Shown: positions 41,461 to 55,100 of the stretch, piece by piece
Layout of the letters: every line of letters begins with the position of its first letter
Position numbering within the stretch: position 1 is the stretch's first letter
Assembly: GCA_964036045.1 (NCBI GenBank)
Contig: OZ038378.1
Coordinates: forward strand, 41,416,001 to 41,480,000
Origin: Eutreptiella sp. 'Long Island Sound 2002'
Taxonomy: Eukaryota; Protista; Euglenida
Length of the DNA stretch: 64,000 nucleotides
Direction: 5' to 3'
Notes under the pieces: model-generated
What the model was told of the DNA's origin: nothing
Database searches by the model: none
Seen by the model: only the letters and a program-made list of their open reading frames with translations
Position numbers and translations under genes: made by a program

Positions 41461-44400
41461 ACTTTACTGGCCACTGGCCAAAAACCCTTTGGCCAGTGTT
41501 TAATTCACCCTTGCTGGAGCGTGGAGACATATCCACGCTGCTCCAAGAGTTCCTGCAGGGCGCATATACCGCTACGAGTGTGTCCTCAGATCGCTAGTTG
41601 GTGATTTTTCGGATGGTGCGACCTCTGGCGAAGCAAGTGCCACCGAGGTTCAAATTTTCGTGGAGTTGTTACATGATGAGTTAGCGAAGGATAATTTGCT
41701 CAAAGCGTTTACAGATGTGGGAGGGGTGCAAGAGGTGGTGGTGACACATACATCGAGCCTCAAGCGGCATGGTGATCGGCCAAATATCTATTCCTAGTCA
41801 ACCTACCCCCATGGTGGGGTGAGCGGTCTACTGCCCCAATTTTGAACACCATTGAGGTAGATGACCTGCTTGTTAAGACCCCCTTTTCCACCTCTTTTAA
41901 GATCACTTGTGTCCCGACGCGTGGCATACTCCTTTTGCAAAATAATCCACATGACACAATATCCATCTGCCCCTTTGAACACCAAACCAAGCAACATAGG
42001 TAGTTCTGTAGGCGACACACAAAGTTTCCGTGTTTGAATTTCACCAAAAAACCATCTCATGCGCCCGAGCAAAGGTTTAGCCCGTCCCAACAGAGCGGTG
42101 GTCATGTGGGCACGGAGTTCCAATTCTGCGGCTCCCAATGCATCATTAGCTTCCACGGCAATATCGACGACAGCCACGGAGTGTGACACGGTGCTTAAAT
42201 TTGGGAAACAAAAGCGATGAGTCCTCTTTCGATGATGGACCGCCGCCGTGCGGTCACCACGGTGAACGTGAATGGGTGGGATGCGAAGCCACCAGGAAGG
42301 AGAGAAATGCGCAAGGTTGTCTTATTTTCCATGGTGAGGCAGCATAAACTGGACACTGCCGCGGTGCATGGGCATCCCCTATTTTCCCAAGAGGTGTTGG
42401 CCTCACATAACTTCTGGGCTAGAAAAGAGGTTCCATGTGCGCAGCAGCAATGCCAGGGGCCTGACGGCCAGCATGATAAGCGCCCGATTCACCCTAACAA
42501 TATACCGTTAGTGATCACTGGTCGGTAACAATCGACCAAATGCCCCCGCCACAAACAACTTTGGGCCTTATTTTTGCACTGTAACATTTCCAAACAATCG
42601 CTCGTGTCCCCTTCTTGGTTGGGGTGCTCCACTATTGTATGCACAGTCACAATGCATGCAGAGGATGGCTCAATGGGTTAAGTGCGTGTCTACTGCAGAG
42701 TGTACAGTCCTGACCGCAATAAAAATCGCTGGGGTAGTCCTCGACTGCAATCTACCACTTGCTCTCTCTTTTTGAGCTGCCGAGCAGGGCAATATTTGAG
42801 CCTAATCGGTGGATGTCGGAATCAGCGTGGTTTGTGGGTTCGTTTCAGCCTTGTTGGACTCAGTGTCCTATATGTTGGAGAACGTGTTGAGTAACAAGAG
42901 AAATGTTGTGTCGGTGCTCCCTGGAGGGGCGGGGGGGAGGAAGTACGATTTGGTTGATACCGACGGAGTAGCCTGCATTGAAAAACAACGTGGGCGTCTT
43001 GGTGTTTTCAGGGTGCAATGTGGGAAGATAAAAGTGTTGGGTGAATTTGGTGTCCTTGTCGCGCCAAGCGACTTGCTTCATTGTTCCCTTCCACTGTCAC
43101 GTGGGAGCGCACCTCAACCCAATGCATGGTTCGATTAGGAGTGCCTACGTTGAGAACCATATGCCACAGTGAAAGGTTGGATGCTATAGGAGCCTCGCCA
43201 TCCTTGAAGTTGCTAACGACGGGCTGCCCTTGTGGCACCTAGAATCACATATTGAGAATCCGCACAAATCTACTATCGGAAGATTTTGCAACCCTTTGAG
43301 CGCTACCAAGGGCTTTGTTGTATTGTTATTTTGTCGATAGGATTTCCATCCTTGGATCCTGTCCCTACAAGCTGTCCCTACAAGCAGAATATAAGCTAAG
43401 GCACGTACTCCATCACCGGCAGTTGGGGGCTATGGGTACAATGTTGTGCGAATGTATGTGAGTGTTTGTAAACAACTGTTACGAAGGGGCGGGCACGGGG
43501 ATAGTGATGACCCGAATACAAAAATATTTTGAGATCCAAAATGGAGAAAGTAATGGGAAGTCCGGCGATTCCCTCTTGTGAATCCTTGAAATTCGCTCCA
43601 TAGATTGTGTCCCTGCAAGTAGCGTACAAGCTGAGTCACGTGATCCATCACTGGCCGCCCCCACCCCACCAGGGACGAAGCTGATGCCCATATGCATAGC
43701 AGATGTCGGAATCACTGTAAATACAGCATGTTACAACTGAGGGTGTGTGAGTGGACAACCCGTGTTTAACCATGTCTAAATATTACAAGCCGTCTATCCA
43801 AGCATACCGTTGCACACAAGGCGGAGTCACCGAAAAGGTGCACACGACAGGCACGGCGTCATCAGTGACCTTCATCTATCGAAAAATTGTGTGTTCAAAA
43901 TGTCTTAGAACACTGAGGCTGCCTTGCGAACCACATATGGTGGTAATCTTGTGCCTCGCGCGCCGAGGTGGACACCCAGTGGCATCCCTTCGGGGTGGCT
44001 ACCACGATTGTGGCCTCCCAGTTAAAAGAGTGGAGCTAGGTCAATCTTTTTATGGCCCACTGCACCTGCAAGTTCTCTTTCATCCGCTGTCTCAATATCC
44101 AGAAAACATGCACCGTGAGGGAGTACATCACCTGATGCATCATTGGCCGCGGAGTACCGTGCACCGTCATCACTTCCGCCAGCACCTCGGATGGTGAATT
44201 GATCCTCAATTTTAGCCAAACCCGCTGCTTTCTACGCCACAGCATTGTTTTGTGGACTGCGCAGTGTTCTTAGTGCTTCAGCCTCAATCTCATCTAGCCT
44301 CTAGAGCCACTGCATTTTCAGTCTCTGCCGTACTAGCTGTGTGCGTGGCCAAGCCAACTGTCACTGATTGTGCTATCCCTTTGGCGCATGACGCCCGAAA

Positions 44401-46999
44401 GAGTAAGAACCACCGCGGCACAACACAGGGTACGAAGCTGTGAGGCGGGTCACAGACATGGGAAGTCGGCCACACGATCTTTCCACCGTCCCATTTAATA
44501 ATTAGACCTTTGGCGACACACGCCAAGGTTTCCTCCATTCACCGTGACAAGACATGGGGTAATATCAGTGTGGTCCCCTTTACACCCACGTCAGGTAGGC
44601 ATCACGAAGACCTTGCATGTCATATCTCTTCACGGACTGATCCCATGTGGGTCCATTTCTTCACCTCAGATATCGAAACTCTCCACGTCGATAAGGCGTC
44701 AACAGTAAGTACAGTGATGACAGAAGTGTCTCACTTAATGAGGACACTAAATAGCATCACCAGGCATCATCTCTACCCAGTCTACCCAGAAGAGGTGTTG
44801 TAGGGTTTGAGCCGAACATATAATGTTGAAAGATCTTCGCAGAATCCTTCTTTGCGTCACATCACGGGGGGGTCGGAGATATCTTTCGCATGCTTGCGAA
44901 AGCCGCAATGTTATCTCCCACAACATTGGCGGAGCTCCAACCAAATTGTTCCACCAGTCTAGTTGCATGTCCCATCCCACGTAGCTCCCCTTGTTGCTTG
45001 TTCTACAACAAAAGCGTCCTAGACGTTGCGACAAGAGACCCCCACCATGTATTGGCCCCCTTCTGCCTCAGCCGCTTGAACTACAATCTAGGGGGACAGT
45101 GGGGTGGGGTGGGGTCGGGGGGGGGGGTATGCAGAAGAAATCGGTCCATGACGAGGCACCAAGCCAATTAGGAAGGTGTCCATCATACTAAGGGTCATTT
45201 TGTGGCATAGGACTCCTTCGTATCCCAAACTGTGCACCACATATCATTGCCCAAGAATTGAATAATCTTCACACCTTGAGGTCCCTGCTAGGCTCTTGAA
45301 GAGTTGTACCAACGCCGACCCTAACTTTTCCATCCACTTCGGCACCCCTCCTCTGAGAGTAGCGTCTCAACGGCTTCTGCAAATAATGTCCGCCGCACTT
45401 TCTCTTTGTTATTCTTCCCTAGGTTGGCTTTGCAATTGTTTTATCCTCCTGCTCAGTTCCTCAACCATCGGGTCTTGATCGCTGCCTCCATCTGTCATTT
45501 TCACACTGCAAATAAACGGCACACTCGCTCGACCCCATCAACTTGATTTAAAAGCTCTCATCCGTGTATACTGCATACGTGGCTAGAACTCGTAAGACAT
45601 CTTGGTTTGCAAAGCCTAGGTCTTGAGATGTTGTCGGGATATTGTCCGTGACAAAAAATCCGTCGGCTCCAACATTTGCCATTCTCAAAGCCACATCCAT
45701 AGCTATTTTCACCAGCACGAGGCCATCCATAGCCGACAGGCCTATCTGAAAGGCAACATTCACAAAGTTTGAAAGTTCCTCAATCAAGTCTTGATCTAGG
45801 CTCACCGACGTCGCATCTCTTCTCGGCCAACCCCCGGAATGCAACGGACACCTGAACTCTCAAGACCTGATCTCGATTTTTTGTGCATGGGCAACTTCGT
45901 AGGGCGATATTCCTTTCAACACTAAGAGTGATCTCATGTAACTCCCCTGGGCTCTCTTAGGTGCCTCAACCACTCCTCTTTGTTAACACGTGCTTTCTTG
46001 ATTCTATCCAGCACCCCCGATGCAGCAATTGCTGCCATGTCTACTCTTCTTGAGTTACAACAACTTGCACAAATGTAGGAGCTGCCCCATTTGCCATTAT
46101 ACCGACAGCGAAGGGAGGGGTAGGCAGTGACTAGCCAATTACAAATACATTCTGAGATGCAAAATGGATCGAATCGGACATGTGGCGAATCCCTGCCGTG
46201 AATCTCTAGTCAGGGGCACATGTGCCCCAAAGGCCATCGTGCTAACTTGATAAATGTGATAACGCGCTAGGCATCCCAGGCCACCTTCTACGACCGATGA
46301 CCTGCCTCTAAAGACTAACAACACAACCTGTTCCGTGAGACCTGCCAGGACCGTCTCAAGTTCTTACGGCCTTTGAAGTTGGCAGAGTTGCCTAGCATCC
46401 GCTTTCATTTGTCTTTTGCTTGGGGGGGGGGGGGCGCTTTGAAAAGCAATGGGTGGTGGTGATGGGGTTTGGCATAACGTCGAGTCGAAGAAATCCTAGA
46501 ACCAGTTCAGCATTTCATGTGATATGGGGAGATAGTGTGGACACGAAACCCAAGAGCGCAAAGCAGTGTTCCAATTTGGGCAGAATTTTCCCCAAGATGG
46601 CTGATGATGCACACAATAGTTTTGGAATTCCGAAGACCAATTGGCATACACAGCTGACCATCCAAGGATTTCAGCTGGTGTCTCAGAGGCGGACTTAGGA
46701 TCATGCTGCAACAGTAGCCTACCCGAGATAGGATTTGATGCTTTTGATTGACAGGAAGTGTGAGTGCTGTCAAAAGCTGAAAAGCTGAACAGCTCCACAT
46801 TTTTGGTGACTTAGATGGGACCGATGTTCACACATTGCTACAATTGCAGAAATGTTGACGCAAAGGGGTCGCTAGCACCATACATGGTTTTTTTGTCCAC
46901 GGATGTTGCCCACCTTTTGAAGTCTAGACATCAGGGCAATGTTTTCATCTTGTTTCCACTCCTCACTTTGGTACTCCCGCTAGAGCGTAGTGACCAATT

Positions 47000-49900
47000 C
47001 GGGTAATTCCCTGCCACTTGACCATTGTTGCACATGTTTGTTCCCACTAATCTGCTAACGGATCCCTGAAGGTGTTTCTCAGCAAATCAAGTCTACCACC
47101 CCATACAACATCCACGGGGGTAGCTCTTTCCTCTTCGAAGTAAGATCTTTCTCCCATTCATAGGCCGCACAGGTACAGTGTTGGTATCAAATTGCAAAAA
47201 ATTTATTTGCTCTGATAGGAAAAGGTGTGCAAACCAGGGTACAATGGGACTACCTGTTTGCACATGCGCTCTATAGAGCGCAAGAACGCAATTTTTTTGA
47301 ATTAGCGCTCAGCGGGACGTTTTGGTGGCACTGACATAATTCCCCATTGCCCATCTACATAGTGAGTCCGAGCCACACGATATGCTTCAGATGTTGGTGG
47401 GGTGGATGTGGCTCGAAACTTGCTAGCCAAGCCTGCACCTGTGTGTGTTTCCACACTTGACAATACTCGCAGTTTAGGTCCCGGCATAATTTGTGGATCG
47501 GGATTTTGATGTCCTTGGGTTCCACCCACTTGCTCATTGTGTTCTTAATGATTGCCTTGGTCATGGTCTCAACGATCTGGGCCTTCACACTAGGATTGTC
47601 CTGTTCAGTGCTATCATGGGGGTCGCAGAGGCCTCCAACGCCTCAGTAAAATGAACAGATGTCTCATCAAGAGTTTTACGCGTGGTGGGTACCGAATTGT
47701 CATTATTTCTACAAGCGAGACTTATGACAATATGCAAATTATCGGAAAAACATGTGGGTCGAAGCACATTATGCTGAAAGTTTGAATTGAGCTGTGGGAG
47801 TCCGAACATAATCACTTGACCCTCGCAGTCTGAAATAGTTAAAATGTTGTTTTGCTGAATCATCGCATGAGTGCCGTCACCCTCATATTCACTTGCATCC
47901 TCTGTGTCCTCATTGGGTATTCTCCTAAGGGCAGCTTCAGGGCATGGCTCGGTTGTCGGGGTCGACAGGGGGGGGGGGGAGGGTTAGCGACCACGGTATT
48001 GGGCAACAGAGGGCGTTTCCGGAAAATTTGGCCCTGCTTTGCGTTTAATGTGGCGACGTATCTATGGGTGTGGTGCGGACGAAATTCATTCATGACACCC
48101 ATCGTTTCCTCATTTACATCGGCCTAGAAAGTGTGTGAATTATCTAAAAAAGGAAACTGTTCAAATGCTCTATGCGAAAGGGGTCATGCGATGTAAAAGG
48201 GAATTGTAGGGAGTCACACTGGGCACCAACGTTTGCAACTTCAGGAGTGGATGCCCACTCAATAGCAACATAAGCAACGTGTGCTATATTCCGCACAAAC
48301 AATGAAAGGTTCCGTTCAATGGTGGTAACAACATCTTGCTGTAACCTGCTTTGGAACAAATTTTTCACGCTGGCCGGTAGTACAAATAACAAGAAAAGGT
48401 CTAAGGCCCCCTCAAGTGCACATTACTTTGCTTGGAATTGTATGAGTTGATTACTAAAGCGTAGGAACAAAGCCTCACAAGGTTCCTCACTCTGTATACA
48501 AAGGGGGTGGTTATACCATGCCACTGATCTCGAAGTTGCCTTGCAAGACCCAATATCGGCATCTATTCATGGGAACCCTTAGATCCATGGGACCGTCCGA
48601 ACAATACAAGCATGGACATAGTTAAGACAAGCTGTGTAGGATGAGAAACTAGAACTTATCTCCCCCAACGCTAGTTGTAGTCCCGAACCATAATGCCCAA
48701 AATGAAGAGGCTTGGTAGATAGTCGTTGAAAAGGTTGTACATTGCCTCAATTCTTTGCAAGCATTGAGAATGTTTTGCACAATTTCTAGGTCCCGCATTG
48801 TTGTCTTCAGATGCTGCAAGAACTTTGTGGCAACACACACCTAAGAGACTCGCAAAAAGACAGTGTTTCCAAATCAGGTTTGGGTGCGTAAACACTTTGG
48901 TCTTCGGGGACAAGAAACGAGAAGCCAAAAAGGTGCACAATGAAAAAATCTTCCAACACACTTCCTCACAACAACTCTCGTAAGTGTGCCAAACACCATA
49001 CATCTTAGGATATTACCGTAGAATGTAGCGAAACTGATAAACATCATATGTATTTGAGTACAAGACCTTAGCACAATGTAACAAATCTTGAAAACAATCA
49101 AAGCCGGAACAATACTCCCATAGTTTGATTGCAAGTTGACTAGAAAGCTCAAAATTCTTGCAAGGTCACATAGTTCAACTTACAACAAGGGAGCAAAGAG
49201 AAGCGATTTCAATTGCAAAGTGTCAACACCGTTCCTCTTTAAATCTGTTGCGCACCGCACATCCTTCAATGTAAGAGAAGCATTATCCAAGTTGCTGAGC
49301 AGCGTGGCATGCGAACCAACAATTGTTGTCCCAACGTCATGCATTTCGGCAAATAGTGCTCCCAGCTTAGGGTAGCTAGGAAAAACATCAGGTTCATGCT
49401 GCAATGGCAACATTGCAAAAATGGTACAATTGAGTGATATATCGGCACCGGAAGCTGTCGCCAACCAACGTTTCCTATAACAATTGTCAAACGAGGCACC
49501 AACAGGCAAATTGCAAACATTGTTCGACCGTTGTGCAGCAACAGATGATGCCCGCGTTGATAGACTAGGAGTGTTATAAAACGAAACACCGGTACATGAG
49601 AGCTTACGGCGTGATGCACGAGACATTGGACTAATGTCTATATGCAAGGTCGTCTCTACAAGGGATTCCATTGCTTGTATACCAGGGATTTAAAGGTGTA
49701 TGACACCTCACGAAGGTGGCTAAAATGTTGTTCTCCTTGACCACTTCCTTGTATAACTGTGAACATCTCTCGAACATCCCCAACGGTCCGGTATTGACGT
49801 TGGTCTGCCCTGAAGCATGGGAAAATCAAGTGCAAAGCATTCCCCCTTGCTCACAAGCATGTTGCATCATGTCAAGACCTAGGGTGTAGCAAAGCTCTTG

Positions 49901-50100
49901 CGAAAAGGCCAGAACACCAAAGCATCTATGAATGTACAGAAAAATAGAATAACAGTACATCTGTAGAAAGAAAGTAATGGACAAGGACCACAAGCGTGGG
50001 ATGAAAAGCGGTACCCAAGAAGAAAGAGCGCACGGATAAAAATAAGCACCATTCATGAACGTTTCAACATTTTGCGCTCTACAAAGCGCAAATATGACAA
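47000..50100 (-). pseudogene. Long decayed, lower-GC coding relic; possibly an unclassified DDE-type transposase
   Basis: Serial minus-strand ORF fragments carry motif-like strings SFDNCY (49180..49671), YGVWHTY...KIF (48671..49003) and SEEPCEALF (~48470-48500). Family not established. Confidence 0.3.
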
Positions 50101-52164
50101 CAAATCAACATACAAGCATATTTTGGATGAAATTCGATCATTTGTGCTTTGCATATCGCTACATTCCAATAACCCCAAAAATGGAGGTTAATATACTATG
50201 CATGAAAGATCTTCAGATCTGCGGCGCGAAAAACAACGATCACATCATCTTGAAGGGCCAAAACACACATAATGCACACACACAGCAAGCAGTAAACCAA
50301 CGCAAAAGGGGTACAATAGAAGAAACCTATTGTTATAGGACCTCCATGATTCCATCGAAAAAAGAAATATTGAGCATCATTGTAACCATTCTAGTCATAA
50401 GGCAGCAGCCCTGGGGGACAAAATGTCAATGGAGAATACATTTTGTTGATCGTTGCTCTATGCACAGTGCATCACTAGCAATCCAAAGGAGTTGAGAGTA
50501 TTTTTTGTGGACCAATTCTCTTTGGAGTGCTTTGTACAACGCAGAAGCAGAGAAGCAGTGAAAAAAATGTGTGAATGGGGTTCCCTAGTTGCAAATGGTG
50601 GATGAAATTGGTCATTGACCGAACGTTGCACCCTGCAAAGCGCAACGGATACAAAAATTGCTGTAGATGACGGGCTCCATTGAGACGTTTTGGCTTTGGA
50701 GCGCTCTGCGGAGCGCAACCACATTCATACCCTTGAAAGTGGCATCTCCGGAGGATGTTTTACATGGTACACCTCCACACATTTCAAAATGGATTCCATT
50801 AATTGCTCATGCTAAAAGCCCAGAAATACACCTGTCATGTTTGGATGGTAAAAGGGGACATTTTGTGATGTGCCTTTTGCGTCGCATCCAAACCCCGAGG
50901 GGTTGACCAAGAAAAGCGCCTAAGGCGAATCAGAAACTTGCACCTGAGATGACACTCAGTGGAGTTTGTTCGCTACTGGGGATATTAGCATGACGAAAGT
51001 GAGGCGTGACAAAGGGCACCCCTGCCGAACACCCGAGGAGGGTAGCAGAGATAGGTGCGTTAAAAAGCGCCATGATCATACTGACGATGCCGCATTGCCT
51101 GCACACCCACGAGACCTAGTACGTTATTGAAGAAGACATATGTCTCGTCTACCACATCTTCCAGCACGAGCAGTGAAATTTTACCTACAGTCTGTAGCAT
51201 CCCCTTGAGCACTTGAACAGCACAATTCACCACTACAAACTTAGACACATGGACACGGATGGTCATTGTAGGATCCTGAGCAGGGAAGACTTTTCTGATA
51301 TTAGTAGATCGAGCTTATTAGTCACAAACATCGTCCACCAAGGCACCTGTTCATTAATGTAAGTTTCATGCTTGAGCACAAGTTCATTCTGCAAGAAGTA
51401 GTCAGGTTCTTCTAACGATAGACACCTATTTGCTGTTTGTTCCCACCAAGATGTCTTGGCCCAAAGTGTTGTCAAAAGCCCGGACATGGGCACTTGCGCG
51501 GCTTGTGTACACGTCCTAGTTGGCAACAACGTCTATTTTCACACAGCCTAGACGGGGTTGCGAATTGCGGAAAAGAACACACCAACAAAATAGACACTTG
51601 GACAGTATCCGCTTCTTTGTGGAGGGAGGGGGGGCTGGACGGGATGGGTTGCCCGTTCCGCTTTTAGGAGTGTGCCGCCGACTCCCCTGCTGGCTCTGGC
51701 TTTGGCGACCGCGGAGGCCCCTTCCCGTTGCCGAAGTGGTTAACTCTGGTTCCTTTGCAGGGCGGCTAATGGGCTTCCTCGCCCTCCTCCAGGTTGACCG
51801 GGGGCGCTAAACCTGATCTTGCATGCTGCAAGGGTCGCAAATCGCTCTAGCTGTGACAACCGACACATCGCGAGGGGAGAGACATATTCTCCGCGCCATG
51901 TCAGAGCCCCATGTACCCGTGGGTATCTTTCGTGCGTGTACCTGCAGCAGTTGGCCGCCCATTGCCGTGATTCTTGACTCCAATGGCGTGAGGGCACCCC
52001 ATGCAAGGCGCAGAGGCCTCCGGCTTGCCCATGGCCCTACCCGAGGCCTTGCACAGTCGTGTGCGCTCGGTCTGCCTGCGCCAGTACCTCTTCTCACCTG
52101 GCTCCAAAGGCAACGCAAACGGGCAGACCGCTGAGAGATGCCGACAGAGGATTTGCATGAGATG

Positions 52165-55100
52165 ACTCTCCCTGTTGAAGGGAATATCGGCCTACGAAGT
52201 TGCCCATGCACAAAAAATGGACATCAGGTCTTGGGAGTTCGGGTCTTTGTTGCATTCAGGGGATTGGCCGAGAAGAGATGCGACGTCGGTGAGCCCAGAT
52301 CAAGACTTGATTGAGGAACTTTCAAATTTCGTGCATGTTGCCTTTCACGTAGGCCTGTCGGCTATGGATGGCTTCGTGCTGGTGAAAAAAGCTAAGGATG
52401 TCGGTTTGAGAATTGCAAATGCTGGGGCTGACGAATTTTTTGTCACAGACATGATCCCAACCAGGTCTCAAGACCTGCGATTTGCAAACCAAGATGTCCT
52501 ACGAGTTCTAGCCGCGTATGCACTACCGTCGCACACCACAGGAGTCACCAAATAGATGTACACGACAGGCACGGCTCTGTCCGTCTATCGAAAAATCGTG
52601 TGTTGAAAATGTCTTCGAACACTTAGGCTGCCTTGCGAACCACATATGGTGGTAATCTTGTGCCTCGCGGGCCGAGGTTGGACGCCGAGTGGCGTCCCCT
52701 CCGGGAGGGTACCACGAGTGTGGCTTGCTACTGAAGAGAGTGGAGCTAGGTCACTGCACGTCCCACTTCTCCTCCGTCTGTTGTCTCAATATCCAGAAAA
52801 CATGCGCCATGAGGGAGTACATCTCCCGAAGCATCACTGGCCCCGGAGTGCCGTGCACCGTCATCACTTCCGCTAGCAGCTCGGATGGTGAATTGATCCT
52901 CAGCCTTAGCCAAACCCGCTGGTTTCTGCGCCATTGTTTTGTGGACTGCGAGTGTTCTGAGCGCTTTAGCCTCAATCTCATCTAGCCTCTAGAGCCACTC
53001 CATTTTGAGTCTGTGCCGTACTTGTTGTGTGTGTCGCCAAGCCAACTACCAGTGTTTGTGTTGTCCCTTTGGCGCATGACGCCCGAAAGAGTAAGAACCG
53101 CCGCGGCACGACACGGGGTTCCAAGCTGACATGGGAGGTGGGCCACACAATGTTTGCACCGTCCCAGTCAATCACCACACCTTTGGCGACACACGCCAAG
53201 GTTTCCTCCATTCACCGTGACAAGACATGGGGTATAATATCGGTGTGGTCCCCTTTACAATCACGTTAGGTAGGCATAACGAAGACCTTGTACGTCATAT
53301 CTCTTCACGGACCGATCCCATGTGGGTCCATTTCTTCACCTGAGATATCAAAACTCTCCACTTGGACAAGGCGTCAACAGTAGCTACAGTGATGGCAAAA
53401 GCTGTCACTCAATGAAGACAGGAAATAGCATCACCTGGCATCAGCTCTACCCAGTCTACCCAGAAGAGGTGTTGTAGGGTCCGGGCCCAATATATAAGGT
53501 GAAAAGATCTACACAGAATCTTACTTTGCGTCACATCACGGGGGGGTCGGAGATATCTTTTGCATGCTTGCGAAAGCCGCAATGTTATATCACACAACAT
53601 TGGCGAAGCTCCAACCGAATTGTTCCACCAGTCTAGTTGCAACTCCCATCCCATGTAGCTCCCCTTGTTGCTGGTTCTACAACAAAAGCGTCCTAGACGT
53701 TGCGACAAGAGACCCCCACCATGTATTGGCCCCCTTCTACCTCAGCCGCTTGAACTACAATCTAGGGGGACAGTGGGGTGGGGTGGGGTTGGGGGGGGGG
53801 TGCAGAAAAAGTCGGTTCATGACGAGGCACCAAGCCAATTAGGAAGGTGTCCATCCTACTAAGGGTCTTTTTATGGCATAGGACTCCTTCGTATCCCAAA
53901 CTGTGCACCACATATCATTGCCCAAGAACTGAATAATCTTCACACCTTGAGGTCCCTGCTAGGCTTTTGAAGAGTTGTACCAACGCCGACCCTAACCTTT
54001 CCATCCACTTCGGCACCCCTCCTCTGAGAGTAGCGTCTCAACAGCTTCTGCAAATAATGTCCGATGCACTTTCTCTTTGTTATTCTTCCCTAGGTTGGCT
54101 TTGCAATTGTTTTATCCTCCTGCTCAGTTCGTCAACCATCGGGTCTTGATCGCTGCCTCCATCTGTGGGTTTCACACTGCAAGTAAAAGTCACACTCGCT
54201 CTGGACCCCATCACCTTGATTTAAAAGGTCTTATCCATGTATAGACAGTTTGTAACATTTAGACGTGCTTAAACACGGTTTGTCCACTCACACACCCTCA
54301 GCTGTAACATGCTATATTTACAGCGATTCCGCTCTCCGCTATACCTATGGGCATCACCTTGGTTCCTAGTGGGGTGGGTGTGCGTAGTGATGGACCACGT
54401 GCCTCAGCTTGTACGCTACTTGCAGGGACACAATCTATGGAGCGAATTTAAGCATTGAGGGACCGAATCGCCGGACTTCCCATTGCTTTCCCGTTGCAAA
54501 ATCTTCCGATAGTAGAGATTTCTACGGATTCTCAAGATGTGATTCCAAGTGCCACAGGCGCAGCGCGTCGCTAGCAACTTCAAGGATGGCGAGGCTCCTA
54601 TGGCATTTAACCTTTCACTGTGGCATATGGTTCTCTACGTAGGCACTCCTAATCGAATCATGCATTGGGTTGAGGTGCGCCCCCACGTGACAGTGGAAGG
54701 GAACAATGAAGTAGATCGCTTGGCGCGACAAGGACACCAAATTCACCCAACGGTTTTATCTTCCCACATTGCACCACGAAAACACCAAGACGCCCACGTT
54801 GTTTTTCAATGCAGGCTACTCCGTCGGTATCAACCAAATCGTACTTCCTCCCCCCCGCCCCTCCAGGGAGCACCGACACAACATTTCTCTTGTTACTCAA
54901 CACGTTCTCCAACATATAGGACACTGAGTCCAACAAGGCTGAAACGAACCCACAAACCACGCTGATTCCGACATCCACCGATTAGGCTCAAATATTGCCC
55001 TGCTCAGCAGCTCAAAAAGAGAGAGCAAGTGGTAGATTGCAGCCGAGGACTACCCCAGCGATTTTTATTGCGGTCAGGACTGTACACTCTGCAGTAGACA

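Larger units (their letters stand above)
38856..41513 (+). mobile_element. hAT DNA transposon, 2658 bp, transposase 3'-deleted
   Basis: TIR CAAGGGTGAATTAAGTACTGGCCA versus inverted CAAGGGTGAATTAAACACTGGCCA (22/24). 8-bp TSD CTAGAGCG (38848-55) / CTGGAGCG (41514-21). The empty site is visible in the paralogous copy (gtgcacgctggagcgtggagac, ~56227-56248). Confidence 0.92.
38690..45930. mobile_element. Scrambled LINE copy 1 (ORF1-like and APE N-terminus on +; RNase H and RT-end on -), interrupted by the hAT element
   Basis: APE-like TVNVNG...DTAAVH at ~42250-42370 (+). RNase H WVEVRSHVTVEGN...RLA at ~43070-43130 (-). Homologous to 52165-56430. Confidence 0.75.
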
